From an uncultured virus (IMG/VR IMGVR_UViG_3300005683_000076) (Duplodnaviria; Heunggongvirae; Uroviricota; Caudoviricetes), in the IMG/VR virus record IMGVR_UViG_3300005683_000076: a stretch of DNA of 64,000 bases. One strand, 5' to 3'. Both the position numbers and the translations under genes were made by a program. Shown here piece after piece: positions 9,732-19,151 of the stretch (within the stretch, counting starts at the first letter, position 1; each line of letters begins with the position of its first letter). The notes beneath the pieces were generated by a model. That model was given only the letters and a program-made list of their open reading frames with translations, had not been told where the DNA came from and searched no databases.

Positions 9732-12495
9732 TGTTTACCCAGTCAGCCAGGAGTTGGTCTGTCTCTTGTAGTTTCTTGCGGGCCTCCTCTGCCAGGATCA
9801 CTCTCTGACTCCAGATATGTGCTTTGTAGCTGGGATCTTCTATAGAATCTAAGTAGTTCTTAGGTTGTATCTCTTCCACCTTGTCTAGTACCTTTTCATT
9901 GAGCGACTTCTCCGTCGCATACGGCCAGTAGTCAAAAGCAGCAGCCCTCATGGTGTCCACCGCGTCATTGAACAATGCGTATGGAACTAGTCGGGTAGTA
10001 GGTTCCCCTGACTTCAGTTGGGCCCAGTGGTAGGCCAGTATCTCCTCTCTCCACCTGGCCAGGCCTTTATCGCTCTCGGCCCGGACAAGTTCCCGATCAT
10101 CCACGACCAGGAATAGTTGAGGACATCCCTTGAGCTCCGGCTTGAACGGATTAGGCTTATCGGTGTTGGTGAGAGCGAAAGCATTCTTGAGCTGTTCAAT
10201 ACCTCGAGTACGGCCGGTCTTCCACGGGACAAACGGCAGGCCCTGTTTGTTGAACTCGATTCGCTCAGAACTGGCTTCGTGAGACATCTGCCAGGTTACA
10301 CACTGGCTCTTCTCGTGTCTCATGAAGTCGGAAATTATTGCAGCCATCTCTCTGGCACTTGTCTGGGTAGTCGTGTGGCCGCGGTACAGAAAAACCTTGC
10401 CAGCCAGCGGAACCCCGTCTACGGTTGGGGAGTTATTTGCAGCTGTAGCAAACCAGGAGGTTACGTTGGGGTGACCTTCAGTGGTACCAGCGTCAAGATA
10501 AACGGCCGTCTTCCAGTGCGTTGGTATCTTCCGCTGTCCAAATATCCTCTCGAACTGGCTCCAAGAGATGACGGTGTGGGCTTCGCTGTATGTGTAGAGA
10601 ATGTCTCCGCGGGTCTGGATCTGCCAGTCTCCTGACAAGTACTGTTGCCTGGTGATCTCATCCAGCTGCATCAGGGACTGCAGGTATGCTTCCCGATCGA
10701 GCGACGGGTTGTCATCTAGCATTGACGGAACGAATGCCGTGATGTGTGGAGGATCTCCCGGGACCACGGACTCGTGCTCTTTGTACCAGATGTCTCTCTC
10801 ACGTGCGTTGGCCGGAGAGAAGTCGTTCGGTATGAATCTTTCAAATACCCACTTACCGCCTATGTTGCCTGGGTTGGTATTACCTGAGATCCATACAGAT
10901 CCTTCCTGCCGTAAAACAAAGTTGTGATTATCTTCAACTTCAATGCAGTAGATCTTCCCACTATACTCAACTTCTCGTATCTTACGCTTATCTACTACGG
11001 TGGTATTTGAGTTAACAGTCAGGTACACAGTGTACCTGTCGTTGTGTCGATCATTTTCTAAAACCTTATGACTGACTTTAGTTTTATACCCCAGACGCAG
11101 CCCAAGTTCAGAAATGTCATCCGCAAGCTGTTTACTACAAGTCACATATTGGATAGATCCGTTGTTTCTAACGTGTCCATCTCCAAACACTGCCCACTCA
11201 AAGACTTTACGTAACTGCCCCTCAGTAGCACTTTCTAGTACGTCACGTGGAATGTGCTTTTCATGTGACTTACCTAAAACCTTGAAGTAGTTCCACGCTG
11301 CAAGATCTGTAGTCTCAGAGTCACCATTTGCACAATGACAGTGCTTGACCGGTACTCTGTCCAAAAGTTCTAACACTGCTGGGCGTTTCTCTAGGTTACA
11401 CTGTGTGACCACAGTTCGGTGTCTTTTTGGATTTACACTAGTACAGCCTTCTGCAATAAATAATCCTAAATAAGAGAAGAATACCTCATCGTCCCACCCA
11501 AGAGGATTTACATACCCGTTTCCAAATTCCGCCGACTCTGGGCACCGTACGACTGCAGCTGTTTTTGCATCATACTGATTCCAGGGCAAAGTCACGTACT
11601 TGGCCCTTTTTTGATTCCTGGAGTTTCGTGTACGGATCGTGACCCGGTGGTCCTCTGTCATGGACATTGTTAGTCCCTTACCGTCAAACCTTAAAAATTT
11701 CTTATCATTATCATACTCATGAAACTTCAGTACTTTGCGAAGCTGCAAACGGCCCTCAGTATTTAAGCTGTATACCTCTGCCCCTTCTTTAACTTCTTTA
11801 ATATCCACCCAGCCGTGTTTAGTAAGGACCTCTCCGCGGTCCACACACGCTCCCATTACCCGGAGAGGAACTGGAATGTCGGCACGCTTGCGTACGCGGG
11901 AGAATAGAAACTTGTAGACCGACTCGTGGTGCTGTGTAAGCTCGTCCCATCCGATGAATTGATACTCACCACCTAGGTACTTGAACTTGTCTGATTCTGT
12001 ATCCAGGAAGCCAAACCGGAGCGTAGCTCCCGACGGGAAAGTCCAGATCTTCTGCTGTTCATTCCATCTAGCCGAGGTGTTCATCAGCCACTCTTTGCTG
12101 AGCGACATCAGACCGCCCTCTTGTGCTAGGTCCGGGAAACTCTTACGGAGAAGCAGTGCTGAGTAGCCAGGAACGTGAACATACTTGAGAGCTGCAGCAA
12201 GGAGCGTCCAGGTCTTTCCTCCGCCCACGGATCCACCAAACAGTACCTCGATGATCTTCTGGTCGCCTAGATACGGATCGTGTTCTGCGTCAAGGAACAG
12301 TTTCTGCTTGGGGTGAGGCGTCCCTTTTACCCACGTCTCGTCACCTACTGCCCCTTTAGCTATCTGGTCAGTAAGCCACTGCCGGCTAAGTACGAACAGG
12401 TCCTCGTCCGATACTGGCTGAGACTTTCGCGGCTTAGTGGAATTGAACTTTGCTGTAGTCCCCTTCGCCCGGGAAGGGTGTGGAGTTGAGGCCAT
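9724..12495 (-). CDS. terL: Terminase large subunit, intein-containing
   Basis: Walker A GGSVGGGKT, Walker B FIGWDE, motif III GA|TNPG split by an intein, C-terminal nuclease NDAVDTMR. Confidence 0.92.
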   Translation of the reverse strand: MASTPHPSRAKGTTAKFNSTKPRKSQPVSDEDLFVLSRQWLTDQIAKGAVGDETWVKGTPHPKQKLFLDAEHDPYLGDQKIIEVLFGGSVGGGKTWTLLAAALKYVHVPGYSALLLRKSFPDLAQEGGLMSLSKEWLMNTSARWNEQQKIWTFPSGATLRFGFLDTESDKFKYLGGEYQFIGWDELTQHHESVYKFLFSRVRKRADIPVPLRVMGACVDRGEVLTKHGWVDIKEVKEGAEVYSLNTEGRLQLRKVLKFHEYDNDKKFLRFDGKGLTMSMTEDHRVTIRTRNSRNQKRAKYVTLPWNQYDAKTAAVVRCPESAEFGNGYVNPLGWDDEVFFSYLGLFIAEGCTSVNPKRHRTVVTQCNLEKRPAVLELLDRVPVKHCHCANGDSETTDLAAWNYFKVLGKSHEKHIPRDVLESATEGQLRKVFEWAVFGDGHVRNNGSIQYVTCSKQLADDISELGLRLGYKTKVSHKVLENDRHNDRYTVYLTVNSNTTVVDKRKIREVEYSGKIYCIEVEDNHNFVLRQEGSVWISGNTNPGNIGGKWVFERFIPNDFSPANARERDIWYKEHESVVPGDPPHITAFVPSMLDDNPSLDREAYLQSLMQLDEITRQQYLSGDWQIQTRGDILYTYSEAHTVISWSQFERIFGQRKIPTHWKTAVYLDAGTTEGHPNVTSWFATAANNSPTVDGVPLAGKVFLYRGHTTTQTSAREMAAIISDFMRHEKSQCVTWQMSHEASSERIEFNKQGLPFVPWKTGRTRGIEQLKNAFALTNTDKPNPFKPELKGCPQLFLVVDDRELVRAESDKGLARWREEILAYHWAQLKSGEPTTRLVPYALFNDAVDTMRAAAFDYWPYATEKSLNEKVLDKVEEIQPKNYLDSIEDPSYKAHIWSQRVILAEEARKKLQETDQLLADWVNIG
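10879..11847 (-). mobile_element. Intein with LAGLIDADG-type endonuclease in TerL (323 aa)
   Basis: Starts CVDRGEVLT; block B TEDHR; LGLFIAEG and AVFGDG motifs; ends YCIEV...WISGN followed by Thr. Confidence 0.9.
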
Positions 12496-12788
12496 CAGAT
12501 AAATACGGAATCAGTAACAGCAAACTGCCCTTCGACGGCAGCCTTCCCTGTTCCTGTTGAGAAAAACCGCCAAGAGTACAAGCCTTCGGTATCCGCTGCT
12601 ATGTCAACGTGATAGTTACCGGTGCTGTCTTTTACCAGCTGCACATCAGTCGGATAGACATAAGTAGTCACTGCTCCCGCAGGTGTCTTAAAAGAGAAAG
12701 ACACTGTCGTTGGATCGATCGCGGCACCAGCCAAGTTGGTAAAAGTGGTGCTGCATCTAATTACGTTGCCTACTGTATATTCATTCAT
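12495..12788 (-). CDS. Small Ig-like/BppU-like virion protein
   Basis: 97 aa, beta-rich (DPTTVSFSFKTP, DSTGNYHVD, YSWRF). Confidence 0.55.
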   Translation of the reverse strand: MNEYTVGNVIRCSTTFTNLAGAAIDPTTVSFSFKTPAGAVTTYVYPTDVQLVKDSTGNYHVDIAADTEGLYSWRFFSTGTGKAAVEGQFAVTDSVFI

Positions 12789-14277
12789 TGCTGCTGTCTG
12801 ATCCGAAAGTAACCGTTACTGGTGTTGTAGTTGGTGTAGTAAGTGTGGCTAGTACTTGTACTCCCCTGTTGGGGGCTAACTCAGTAAACCCCGCACTTGG
12901 CGTAGCAGTTTGTATAACTCTGGAGGTATTGGTTAGGAGACTTTCCGTGCTGGATAGAAAACCTTGAGTAAATACTTGTACTTGATAGTAATTAAGCGTA
13001 ATTGTCTGGCCAGCCAGGGTAAGTGACGCGGGTACAGCTAGTACTCGTAATCCTCTATTTAATGCAATTGCCTGTCCTGAAAGACTAAGTACTGCCGGAG
13101 TTACTGATAATTTTCTACCAGCACTCAACCCTACCGATTGGCCGGCCAGGGTCAAGACTCCGGGATCTACTACCAGTGTGTAAGACGCCGCATCAGGTGA
13201 ATATGTGAGAGTTACATTTTGTCCATTAAAATGTATGTCTCCCGGAATTACCAAAACAGCCCTACCTGCCCTTAAAGCTATCGACTGGCCTGCTAATAAT
13301 ATAGAAGCCGGGACTGTTGTTATCTTTCTACCTGCGACTAAAGTTACAGCCTGTCCTGTAAAAGACAAACTTGCAGGTGCTACAACAAGGCGAAACCCTC
13401 TTTTTAGCGCAACTGCCTGTGCTGTAAAAGACAGGGCAGCCGGATCACAGACAAGTTTAAGTGCTCTTTTAAGGAGAACACTCTGCCCAGTGAAAGGCAA
13501 AGAGCCTGCTGTTACCGGCAATTTCAAAGAACGCTTTAACGCGACACTTTGGCCGGTGACGGCCATCGACGCAGGCGTAACCGAAAGCCTTAATCCGCGT
13601 TTCAGGGCGATGTCCTGTCCCGTGACCGCCGCACTCGCTGGAGTGACGGCGACCTTTAACGCTCGTTTCAGAGCGACAGATTGACCGGTGACGGTTATCG
13701 AGGCTGCCGTAACGGTGATCGACGTGCCCGTCGAATAATCTATCGTCAGGCGTGGAACTACGCCTGATGCGTGGTTCAACGCGTATCCGAGCGATCGCCA
13801 ACTAACCGGCGTGATGCCCCACTGGTTGCTGGCGCCGAGCGTGAACACCATCGCGTCGCTCCCGCCGTTATAGGAATAGACGCTGACCAGATCCTGTACG
13901 ATGCTGGTCACATCTACATTTTGCGTGTTGCCGTTGTTCGGGAAGGTGTGCTCGACGTACGCCGAACGGTGTGAGCGTGAATACGGCCGATTGCCGCTTG
14001 AGAAGGTTGCCGGAGTCTGTGATGCCTCAGCCCGGCAACGTAAGACGCCGTTTGACCCGCTGTTATCATTTTCGCGGGCAAGTGTGAGTGTGGCCGAATT
14101 GATCGTGGGCGAGCCGCCTAAGTCAATTCCGTGAAACCGAAACGAACAGGAATACCACCCGCCGCTGCCGTCATTATCGTCGACGTACAGAACGTCAAAG
14201 AAGCCCTCCTGATACCCGTTCGCATCGGACATCGCGGTATCAGATTGTGCGTCGATGTCATAGTTAACTGTCGCCAT
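12781..14277 (-). CDS. Fibre/spike-like virion protein with ~25-aa repeats
   Basis: N-terminal globular domain followed by about 10 repeats of VxPAS(L/I)xxxGQxVxLxxGxxL. Confidence 0.65.
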   Translation of the reverse strand: MATVNYDIDAQSDTAMSDANGYQEGFFDVLYVDDNDGSGGWYSCSFRFHGIDLGGSPTINSATLTLARENDNSGSNGVLRCRAEASQTPATFSSGNRPYSRSHRSAYVEHTFPNNGNTQNVDVTSIVQDLVSVYSYNGGSDAMVFTLGASNQWGITPVSWRSLGYALNHASGVVPRLTIDYSTGTSITVTAASITVTGQSVALKRALKVAVTPASAAVTGQDIALKRGLRLSVTPASMAVTGQSVALKRSLKLPVTAGSLPFTGQSVLLKRALKLVCDPAALSFTAQAVALKRGFRLVVAPASLSFTGQAVTLVAGRKITTVPASILLAGQSIALRAGRAVLVIPGDIHFNGQNVTLTYSPDAASYTLVVDPGVLTLAGQSVGLSAGRKLSVTPAVLSLSGQAIALNRGLRVLAVPASLTLAGQTITLNYYQVQVFTQGFLSSTESLLTNTSRVIQTATPSAGFTELAPNRGVQVLATLTTPTTTPVTVTFGSDSSNE

Positions 14278-14282
14278 TTAAT

Positions 14283-14390
14283 TCAGCAGGGCACACCATA
14301 CCGGTCGTGCGTGCTCATGCCGGTATCCGTGAACGTCGAGCCGACGTTCGTCGCGTTCCAGTTAAATTCGTTCGGGCTTGTATACAGCAT
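14283..14390 (-). CDS. 35-codon ORF, possible gene remnant
   Basis: ATG overlaps the upstream TAA (TAATG); MLYTSPNEFNWNATNVGSTFTDTGMSTHDRYGVPC. Confidence 0.35.
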   Translation of the reverse strand: MLYTSPNEFNWNATNVGSTFTDTGMSTHDRYGVPC

Positions 14391-14824
14391 TATCCAGAGA
14401 TTGTGAAGAGCCCGTTTGCTCCGAAATCAAGTGTAAGTGACTCACCGTCAGCAAGTGTAAGATCAGATCCATAGTCTAAATATCCAATCAAGGGATCTGT
14501 AGGTGAGGTTGGATCGTCGTCATACACCACGATGTATCGGAAAGCTGCCACAGCCCCGCCAGATGCACTAAGTACTAGATCAGTTGCAGTCACAGGAGTT
14601 GTACCAGATGTATGCTCGCTAGTAACACCGGTAATAACACGCGAGGAAAGATTGGTATACGCGATCTGCGTAATGTCAGCGAGGACTGCATCAGCTGAAA
14701 CTGATACACCGTTGGCGTTATTAACCAGTGCACAAGTTAACGTACACGTAGCATCAGAAGTGAAATTGTGGACACCTTTGCCCATGTTTTCCTTAAACTG
14801 TTGAAAGAAGGTGAAAGTTGCCAT
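14390..14824 (-). CDS. Conserved phage tail/fibre-associated structural protein
   Basis: Recognisable family pattern MATFTFFQQFKENMGKGVHNF...FRYIVVYDD...PLIGYLDYGS...LADGE. Confidence 0.7.
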   Translation of the reverse strand: MATFTFFQQFKENMGKGVHNFTSDATCTLTCALVNNANGVSVSADAVLADITQIAYTNLSSRVITGVTSEHTSGTTPVTATDLVLSASGGAVAAFRYIVVYDDDPTSPTDPLIGYLDYGSDLTLADGESLTLDFGANGLFTISG

Positions 14825-14833
14825 TATTGTTTC

Positions 14834-15616
14834 CTAGTTGTCTGTAAGGGGGATCTTGGACCTAGGGCCTTGATAGTAGGCTTTACAGTCAAGGCACTGG
14901 TACCGCTGGGCTCGCATAAGATTGGTGTAAGCGTAACCACGCTTGTGAGCTTTCGGGTGCCCGCAAACCGGGCAGCCCTTCAGCCCGCGCATCGTACTCA
15001 CATCAGGATGTCCTTTAGCCCATGGACGGAGTGAAAGGTAGACTCGTTCTAGTAGGGCAACATCCTGCTGGTTGTACAGACACATTGTTTTCCAAGCTTT
15101 TGAATCTCCGCTGAGGCACCCTCTCCAAGTAGCAAACCCGCCGGTCTGTGCCTTGCGGCCGATACCTAAGAAGTTTCCGAGATCGTCGAGCTTGTTAGAG
15201 TTGAACTTGAATACCTTCTTGGCGATCTTCAATGTGTCGATAGATCTGAAATCTGAATAAGGAGGAAGGCCGTTGTACACGAATCTCGTGTTAGCTTTCT
15301 TGATGTCGAAGGCATCACCGTTGTGGGCAATGACAATGCTGGCCTCGTCAAACAACTTCCACAGGTCCTTGCAGAGCTCGCGGTCACACTCTTTCTCTGG
15401 CTTGTATCCCTTGTAGTCCGGAAGGGCCTTGACGTAAACCTTGTCTTCCCCGAGCCACTTGTATGCCACGGAAAGGATGTAACTCTCTTGCACGTGCTCT
15501 ATGACGTTCTGATCATAGTGCCCCCAGACATATGCTAGGTTTGGTGCTGTTTCGAGATCGAAGAGGAGGATACGTGGGCTTGTGCTAGTTTCTTGGGCTG
15601 TCGTCTTTAATCCCAT
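14834..15616 (-). CDS. RNase H-like/DnaQ-type 3'-5' exonuclease with C-terminal Zn ribbon
   Basis: FDLET, AHNGDAFD, DTL, SNKLD and YNQQDV motifs; CPVC...CLDC. Start placed at ATG 15616. Confidence 0.85.
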   Translation of the reverse strand: MGLKTTAQETSTSPRILLFDLETAPNLAYVWGHYDQNVIEHVQESYILSVAYKWLGEDKVYVKALPDYKGYKPEKECDRELCKDLWKLFDEASIVIAHNGDAFDIKKANTRFVYNGLPPYSDFRSIDTLKIAKKVFKFNSNKLDDLGNFLGIGRKAQTGGFATWRGCLSGDSKAWKTMCLYNQQDVALLERVYLSLRPWAKGHPDVSTMRGLKGCPVCGHPKAHKRGYAYTNLMRAQRYQCLDCKAYYQGPRSKIPLTDN

Positions 15617-15848
15617 TAAGTCGTTTTTTCTCTGCCCGTCGGTCGAGATATACCCTGACGGCGATGTCAATACCCTTACCTAAGAAGAAGAAAACAAACG
15701 GAAGTACCACTGCTAAGAGACCGCTAGCTGGAGACTGATCTATAACAGCTGATATGTAGGCAGGGAGGCTGCTAAAAAAAGCTACGACGGCGTTGCTCAT
15801 GTTCGATACGGGAGAGTCTAGGGTCGATTGGTACATGGTGTGAGACAT
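15585..15848 (-). CDS. Small membrane protein, holin candidate
   Basis: Hydrophobic GLLAVVLPFVFFFLG followed by a basic C-terminus; start uncertain. Confidence 0.45.
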   Translation of the reverse strand: MSHTMYQSTLDSPVSNMSNAVVAFFSSLPAYISAVIDQSPASGLLAVVLPFVFFFLGKGIDIAVRVYLDRRAEKKRLNGIKDDSPRN

Positions 15849-15909
15849 TGGGCAACCGGCCGAGACAGGCAGAGGTGAACCTGAAACGCCAGACGTTGCC
15901 CAAACTTGT

Positions 15910-16293
15910 TTAAGATGGGATGCCAAATTTCTTCTGACAAACTAGATCTAACGCGATCCAGATAGCTGTGTTCTTTGGAACTTTTTCTGATGCTGTGGGC
16001 TCTATCGCCCGTACGCCAATGCTTCTGCGATTCCGGAAGTACTCTTCTCCAGTAATACTGATCTCCATTTCTCCGCAGTTCCCGAGAAAGGACGTGATGG
16101 CAATATCTCCATCCCGATACATGATCGCCCCCTTAAATGCAACCTTAGAGTACGTACCTTTAGCATCCTTGTAGTTGACAAAGTACATAGCTTCGTCGGT
16201 AGTGCCTATGTTGACAAAATTCTCGTAGTTGTCTTTTTGCTGGGCCAGGATAGGTACAACAAACAGCACGATCGCTAAGGCTATAGATTTCAT
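15910..16293 (-). CDS. Secreted/periplasmic protein
   Basis: Signal peptide MKSIALAIVLFVVPILA; two Cys. Confidence 0.6.
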   Translation of the reverse strand: MKSIALAIVLFVVPILAQQKDNYENFVNIGTTDEAMYFVNYKDAKGTYSKVAFKGAIMYRDGDIAITSFLGNCGEMEISITGEEYFRNRRSIGVRAIEPTASEKVPKNTAIWIALDLVCQKKFGIPS

Positions 16294-16295
16294 AT

Positions 16296-16481
16296 TTACT
16301 GCGTGTCCGGAGGAGGATCTTTCTTTTGTAGCCAGTTCTTGGCCGGTGAGGAGAATGTCATAAAGCAGGCAACAAGGGAGTACTCGAACATCTTGCCAAA
16401 CAGAGGATCGCGGGTAACTGCATATGCTGCAGCCATCGCTATCATTGTGGATACTGCTAAGAATCTGTCGTCGACTGTCAT
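16296..16481 (-). CDS. Small two-TM membrane protein
   Basis: 61 aa with two hydrophobic segments. Confidence 0.5.
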   Translation of the reverse strand: MTVDDRFLAVSTMIAMAAAYAVTRDPLFGKMFEYSLVACFMTFSSPAKNWLQKKDPPPDTQ

Positions 16482-16491
16482 TAATAAAGAA

Positions 16492-16615
16492 GTGCTGGAA
16501 ACATTAAGGATCCTTCGACCCGACCCACCGTTGGCAGCTTATGGTAGTTTCCGTGGGGGATGAGTCTCAGGGGGGGACACTCCCCGGCTGCATCTTCACC
16601 TCGCTAGAGAGCACC
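16492..16615 (-). ncRNA. Candidate structured RNA downstream of the tRNA
   Basis: GC-rich and ORF-free; stems GTGCT/AGCAC, GCAGC/GCTGC, CCCAC/GTGGG, GGGGA/TCCCC and GGGTC-GAAG-GATCC. Confidence 0.4.
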
Positions 16616-16620
16616 AAAAT

Positions 16621-16697
16621 TGGTAGCAGGAGTCGGAGTTGAACCGACCGATTTCCGGATTATGAGCCCGACGAGACACGCTTTCTCCATTCCTGCG
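16621..16697 (-). tRNA. tRNA-Met(CAT), initiator (fMet) type
   Basis: CGCAGGA.../TCCTGCT-A-CCA with a C1:U72 mismatch; anticodon arm TCGGG-CTCATAA-TCCGG; T-loop GTTCAACTC; encoded CCA. Confidence 0.9.
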
Positions 16698-16703
16698 AAC
16701 TTA

Positions 16704-17042
16704 TTACTTACACCGCTTCTTACTGAAGATGAACAGGAAGGTCCACTTGTCGCACGTAAGCTTCCTGTACGCAGCTATCTGTTCATCCTTGACCTTGATC
16801 TCTCGCGAGAGGCTCTCGTTAAGAGCCTTCTCCGAAGTAATCAACTTCTGCTGCAGAACACTCTGCTCCTCCAACGCCTGGATAGCTTTCTGCTGAGCAG
16901 CTAACGCTGTACGGAGAAGTACTACCTCTTCAAACGACCGACCGGCACTGTTAAGGAACTCTTGAGACACTTGAACTGTTTGCCCGCTTACCAGTACCCC
17001 AGTCCCAAGTATCAAAAGTGCTGTTACAAAAAGCTTCTTCAT
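16704..17042 (-). CDS. Secreted coiled-coil protein, spanin-like candidate
   Basis: Signal peptide MKKLFVTALLILG, coiled coil, two C-terminal Cys. Confidence 0.5.
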   Translation of the reverse strand: MKKLFVTALLILGTGVLVSGQTVQVSQEFLNSAGRSFEEVVLLRTALAAQQKAIQALEEQSVLQQKLITSEKALNESLSREIKVKDEQIAAYRKLTCDKWTFLFIFSKKRCK

Positions 17043-17144
17043 CCCAAATTCCAACCTTAAACTTGTTTGCTTTACTTCTGTTTGCCGCCTTAGGTAGGTA
17101 CTGCAGATTTACTAAAACGTGCAGCACCACACTGCAAACAAACC

Positions 17145-17402
17145 TTACTCTCCAAAGTAATCAACTCCTTTCTCTTCTCTGTAAGCTACTGGACATTCTA
17201 CGCAAATGCCGTCAACCTCCAGCCTAGTTACAAGCTTGGAACTGTCCATACGCTCTCCGATTGAGCGAAGAGTACGCCGGTACTCAGCAGCATTACGAGC
17301 ACGCTGTTTCTGAAAAGCTTTATTGTTCTTCCTACTTTCATTGATAAGTCCAACCGCAAACTCAAACCGACCTTTCCCTTTCGGAACTTCCTTTATGATC
17401 AT
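17145..17402 (-). CDS. Hypothetical protein
   Basis: 85 aa, coupled to the upstream stop. Confidence 0.55.
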   Translation of the reverse strand: MIIKEVPKGKGRFEFAVGLINESRKNNKAFQKQRARNAAEYRRTLRSIGERMDSSKLVTRLEVDGICVECPVAYREEKGVDYFGE

Positions 17403-17806
17403 TAATTACCTCTCTTACATTCGGAGTCCTCAGGATACGCAGTGCACCTGGCCTTGTTGGCCTGCTCGTACGTAACATCCTCCGGCTTCCTTGCCCTATG
17501 CTCCTCTACGGCTTTCACCGCCTTATTAGCTACCTCCTTGGTAGCTCTTACTTCTTTCTTACCTGTCTCGACGTCCTTCTCTGCCTGCTTGACTTCCTGA
17601 ACGGCCACGTTAGTTTCTGCTGTCTGTTGAATGGCCTCATCGGTCTTGTTTTTCAGATCGATCTCATTCTTGGATGGAGAGTTTCCGCAGCTGTAGAACA
17701 GGATCACGGCCAACACCAGTACCGTGGCCAGGATCACCAGCCGCAGGTACGGCAGGCTACCGGACAGTTCCCACAGTCTTTTTAGAGTTGCCTTTACTTT
17801 TTCCAT
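17402..17806 (-). CDS. Membrane-anchored coiled-coil protein, i-spanin-like
   Basis: TM LVILATVLVLAVILFYSCG then coiled coil and a Cys pair; near the endolysin. Confidence 0.55.
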   Translation of the reverse strand: MEKVKATLKRLWELSGSLPYLRLVILATVLVLAVILFYSCGNSPSKNEIDLKNKTDEAIQQTAETNVAVQEVKQAEKDVETGKKEVRATKEVANKAVKAVEEHRARKPEDVTYEQANKARCTAYPEDSECKRGN

Positions 17807-18125
17807 TGTTGATCTTGATCGGTTTGAAGTCAGACTTAGCTGCTTCCACCTCAACAGCGTCTAAGAAGTTATTAATTACTTTACGAAGTATCTGAGCTTT
17901 GAAAAGAATTTCCTTCTTTTCCTCAGGCGTGCTTATGTTAAAGTCCAGCTCAATGTTCCTAATGCAGTCACCTATCTGCAGGCGTGCAGACATCTCCGGA
18001 TATGCCTCAGTTCTGCCCTTCCAAATGCGTGTTGATTCTGAATCCGCGATCACAAAGGCTCTTTTTGTTTTATCCTTATTGAGCCAGACCCTCTTTCTAT
18101 ATCTAACTTTGGATTTCGTAGCCAT
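17757..18125 (-). CDS. Hypothetical protein
   Basis: 122-aa ORF in a coupled series. Confidence 0.6.
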   Translation of the reverse strand: MATKSKVRYRKRVWLNKDKTKRAFVIADSESTRIWKGRTEAYPEMSARLQIGDCIRNIELDFNISTPEEKKEILFKAQILRKVINNFLDAVEVEAAKSDFKPIKINNGKSKGNSKKTVGTVR

Positions 18126-18339
18126 CTGTTTTCTGGCGAGTTACGAGGATGATCTTCTTAGTGGCAAGAATCTTTGCCATCTCTTCCTCACTCACCGGTT
18201 CCTCATCCTCTATCTTTCCGGTAAGCTCACCTTCTAGCTTTCGTGCCAGCTCTTCTGCCTCTTCCCAGCTCCTCGCACAGACCGTATCCTCGTAGGTCTG
18301 GCCGTCGATCGTTCTCTGTACTGTGTAGAGCTCTACCAT
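18103..18339 (-). CDS. Hypothetical acidic protein
   Basis: 78-aa ORF. Confidence 0.55.
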   Translation of the reverse strand: MVELYTVQRTIDGQTYEDTVCARSWEEAEELARKLEGELTGKIEDEEPVSEEEMAKILATKKIILVTRQKTDGYEIQS

Positions 18340-18469
18340 CTTTTTCTTTTAGGTACTCAGCCAGTGCTTGTATGCCCACTGCCAGCCCCATTCCGATCGC
18401 ACCTCCCCAAAGGATCAATCCGACTGCTACGATCAGGGCAGCTAGGACCAGGCATATCGTGAACAACAT
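18227..18469 (-). CDS. Small membrane protein
   Basis: Long hydrophobic N-terminus. Confidence 0.45.
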   Translation of the reverse strand: MLFTICLVLAALIVAVGLILWGGAIGMGLAVGIQALAEYLKEKDGRALHSTENDRRPDLRGYGLCEELGRGRRAGTKARR

Positions 18470-18472
18470 TGG

Positions 18473-18811
18473 CTAAATCACTGTCTCCAACCTCTCCATC
18501 TCTACGACCCACCGGCCGTATACTTCATCAGCGTTGACCATACTGGACCGCCAGTGAAATTCGTTTACCTTTCTGTGTTGATCAGCAGCATCTACTAGTG
18601 TCCGGAGGCGGACATAGATGTCTCTCTCTTTCACTTTTGGATCTGACAAGAGAGTCTGTGACCCCTCGTCCCATTCCCCCGGACATATGCAATGCGAGTA
18701 CTCTGACATCGCACAAACTTGGCACGGATTAGCCGTCTTCGGCTGCCTCTTTCCTACGCCTCTCTTCCCGCTCTTCTTTTTTCGTTTTATAAATGTCGTC
18801 AAACTCTTCAA
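18473..18811 (-). CDS. Hypothetical Cys-containing protein
   Basis: 112 aa; start uncertain. Confidence 0.45.
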   Translation of the reverse strand: MKSLTTFIKRKKKSGKRGVGKRQPKTANPCQVCAMSEYSHCICPGEWDEGSQTLLSDPKVKERDIYVRLRTLVDAADQHRKVNEFHWRSSMVNADEVYGRWVVEMERLETVI

Positions 18812-19124
18812 GGACCAGGTTCACGCTCCACCCACAGCTGAGAGCTTTATGTTCGTAGTGGCACCGTCCAGTGCTGTCCGGCCGTATTTCCTTGCTCAGG
18901 CCACAGATGCAGCGGATCGTGAATGTTCGATCTGACCATACCCAGTAGCACGGGGTTGGATCGTTGCTGCTGGCAAATCCCCTAGGAAGGTCGACCGTCT
19001 CCACCGCCGGCATTAATAATTTCATCGTCCAGGGGGTTGTGTGGTTCGCAGGCTTGGCAGGGTTCTGGATTGACCGCAATAACGATCTGCCCGCCCACAC
19101 GTCCAACAGCCCTCGCAACTTCAT
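18729..19124 (-). CDS. Hypothetical Zn-binding protein
   Basis: CICG...CH...CGW pattern. Confidence 0.5.
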   Translation of the reverse strand: MKLRGLLDVWAGRSLLRSIQNPAKPANHTTPWTMKLLMPAVETVDLPRGFASSNDPTPCYWVWSDRTFTIRCICGLSKEIRPDSTGRCHYEHKALSCGWSVNLVLEEFDDIYKTKKEEREERRRKEAAEDG

Positions 19125-19151
19125 CGATCAACAGAAGCAAGACGTCTTTCA

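Noticed and set aside
16530..16580. Hammerhead or theta ribozyme next to the tRNA
   Set aside because: CTGAGAC...GAAAC lacks the CUGANGA core, and there is no G+1 HDV-like P1 right after the CCA.
16620..16904. 94-aa plus-strand ORF
   Set aside because: Antisense to the tRNA and a real gene.
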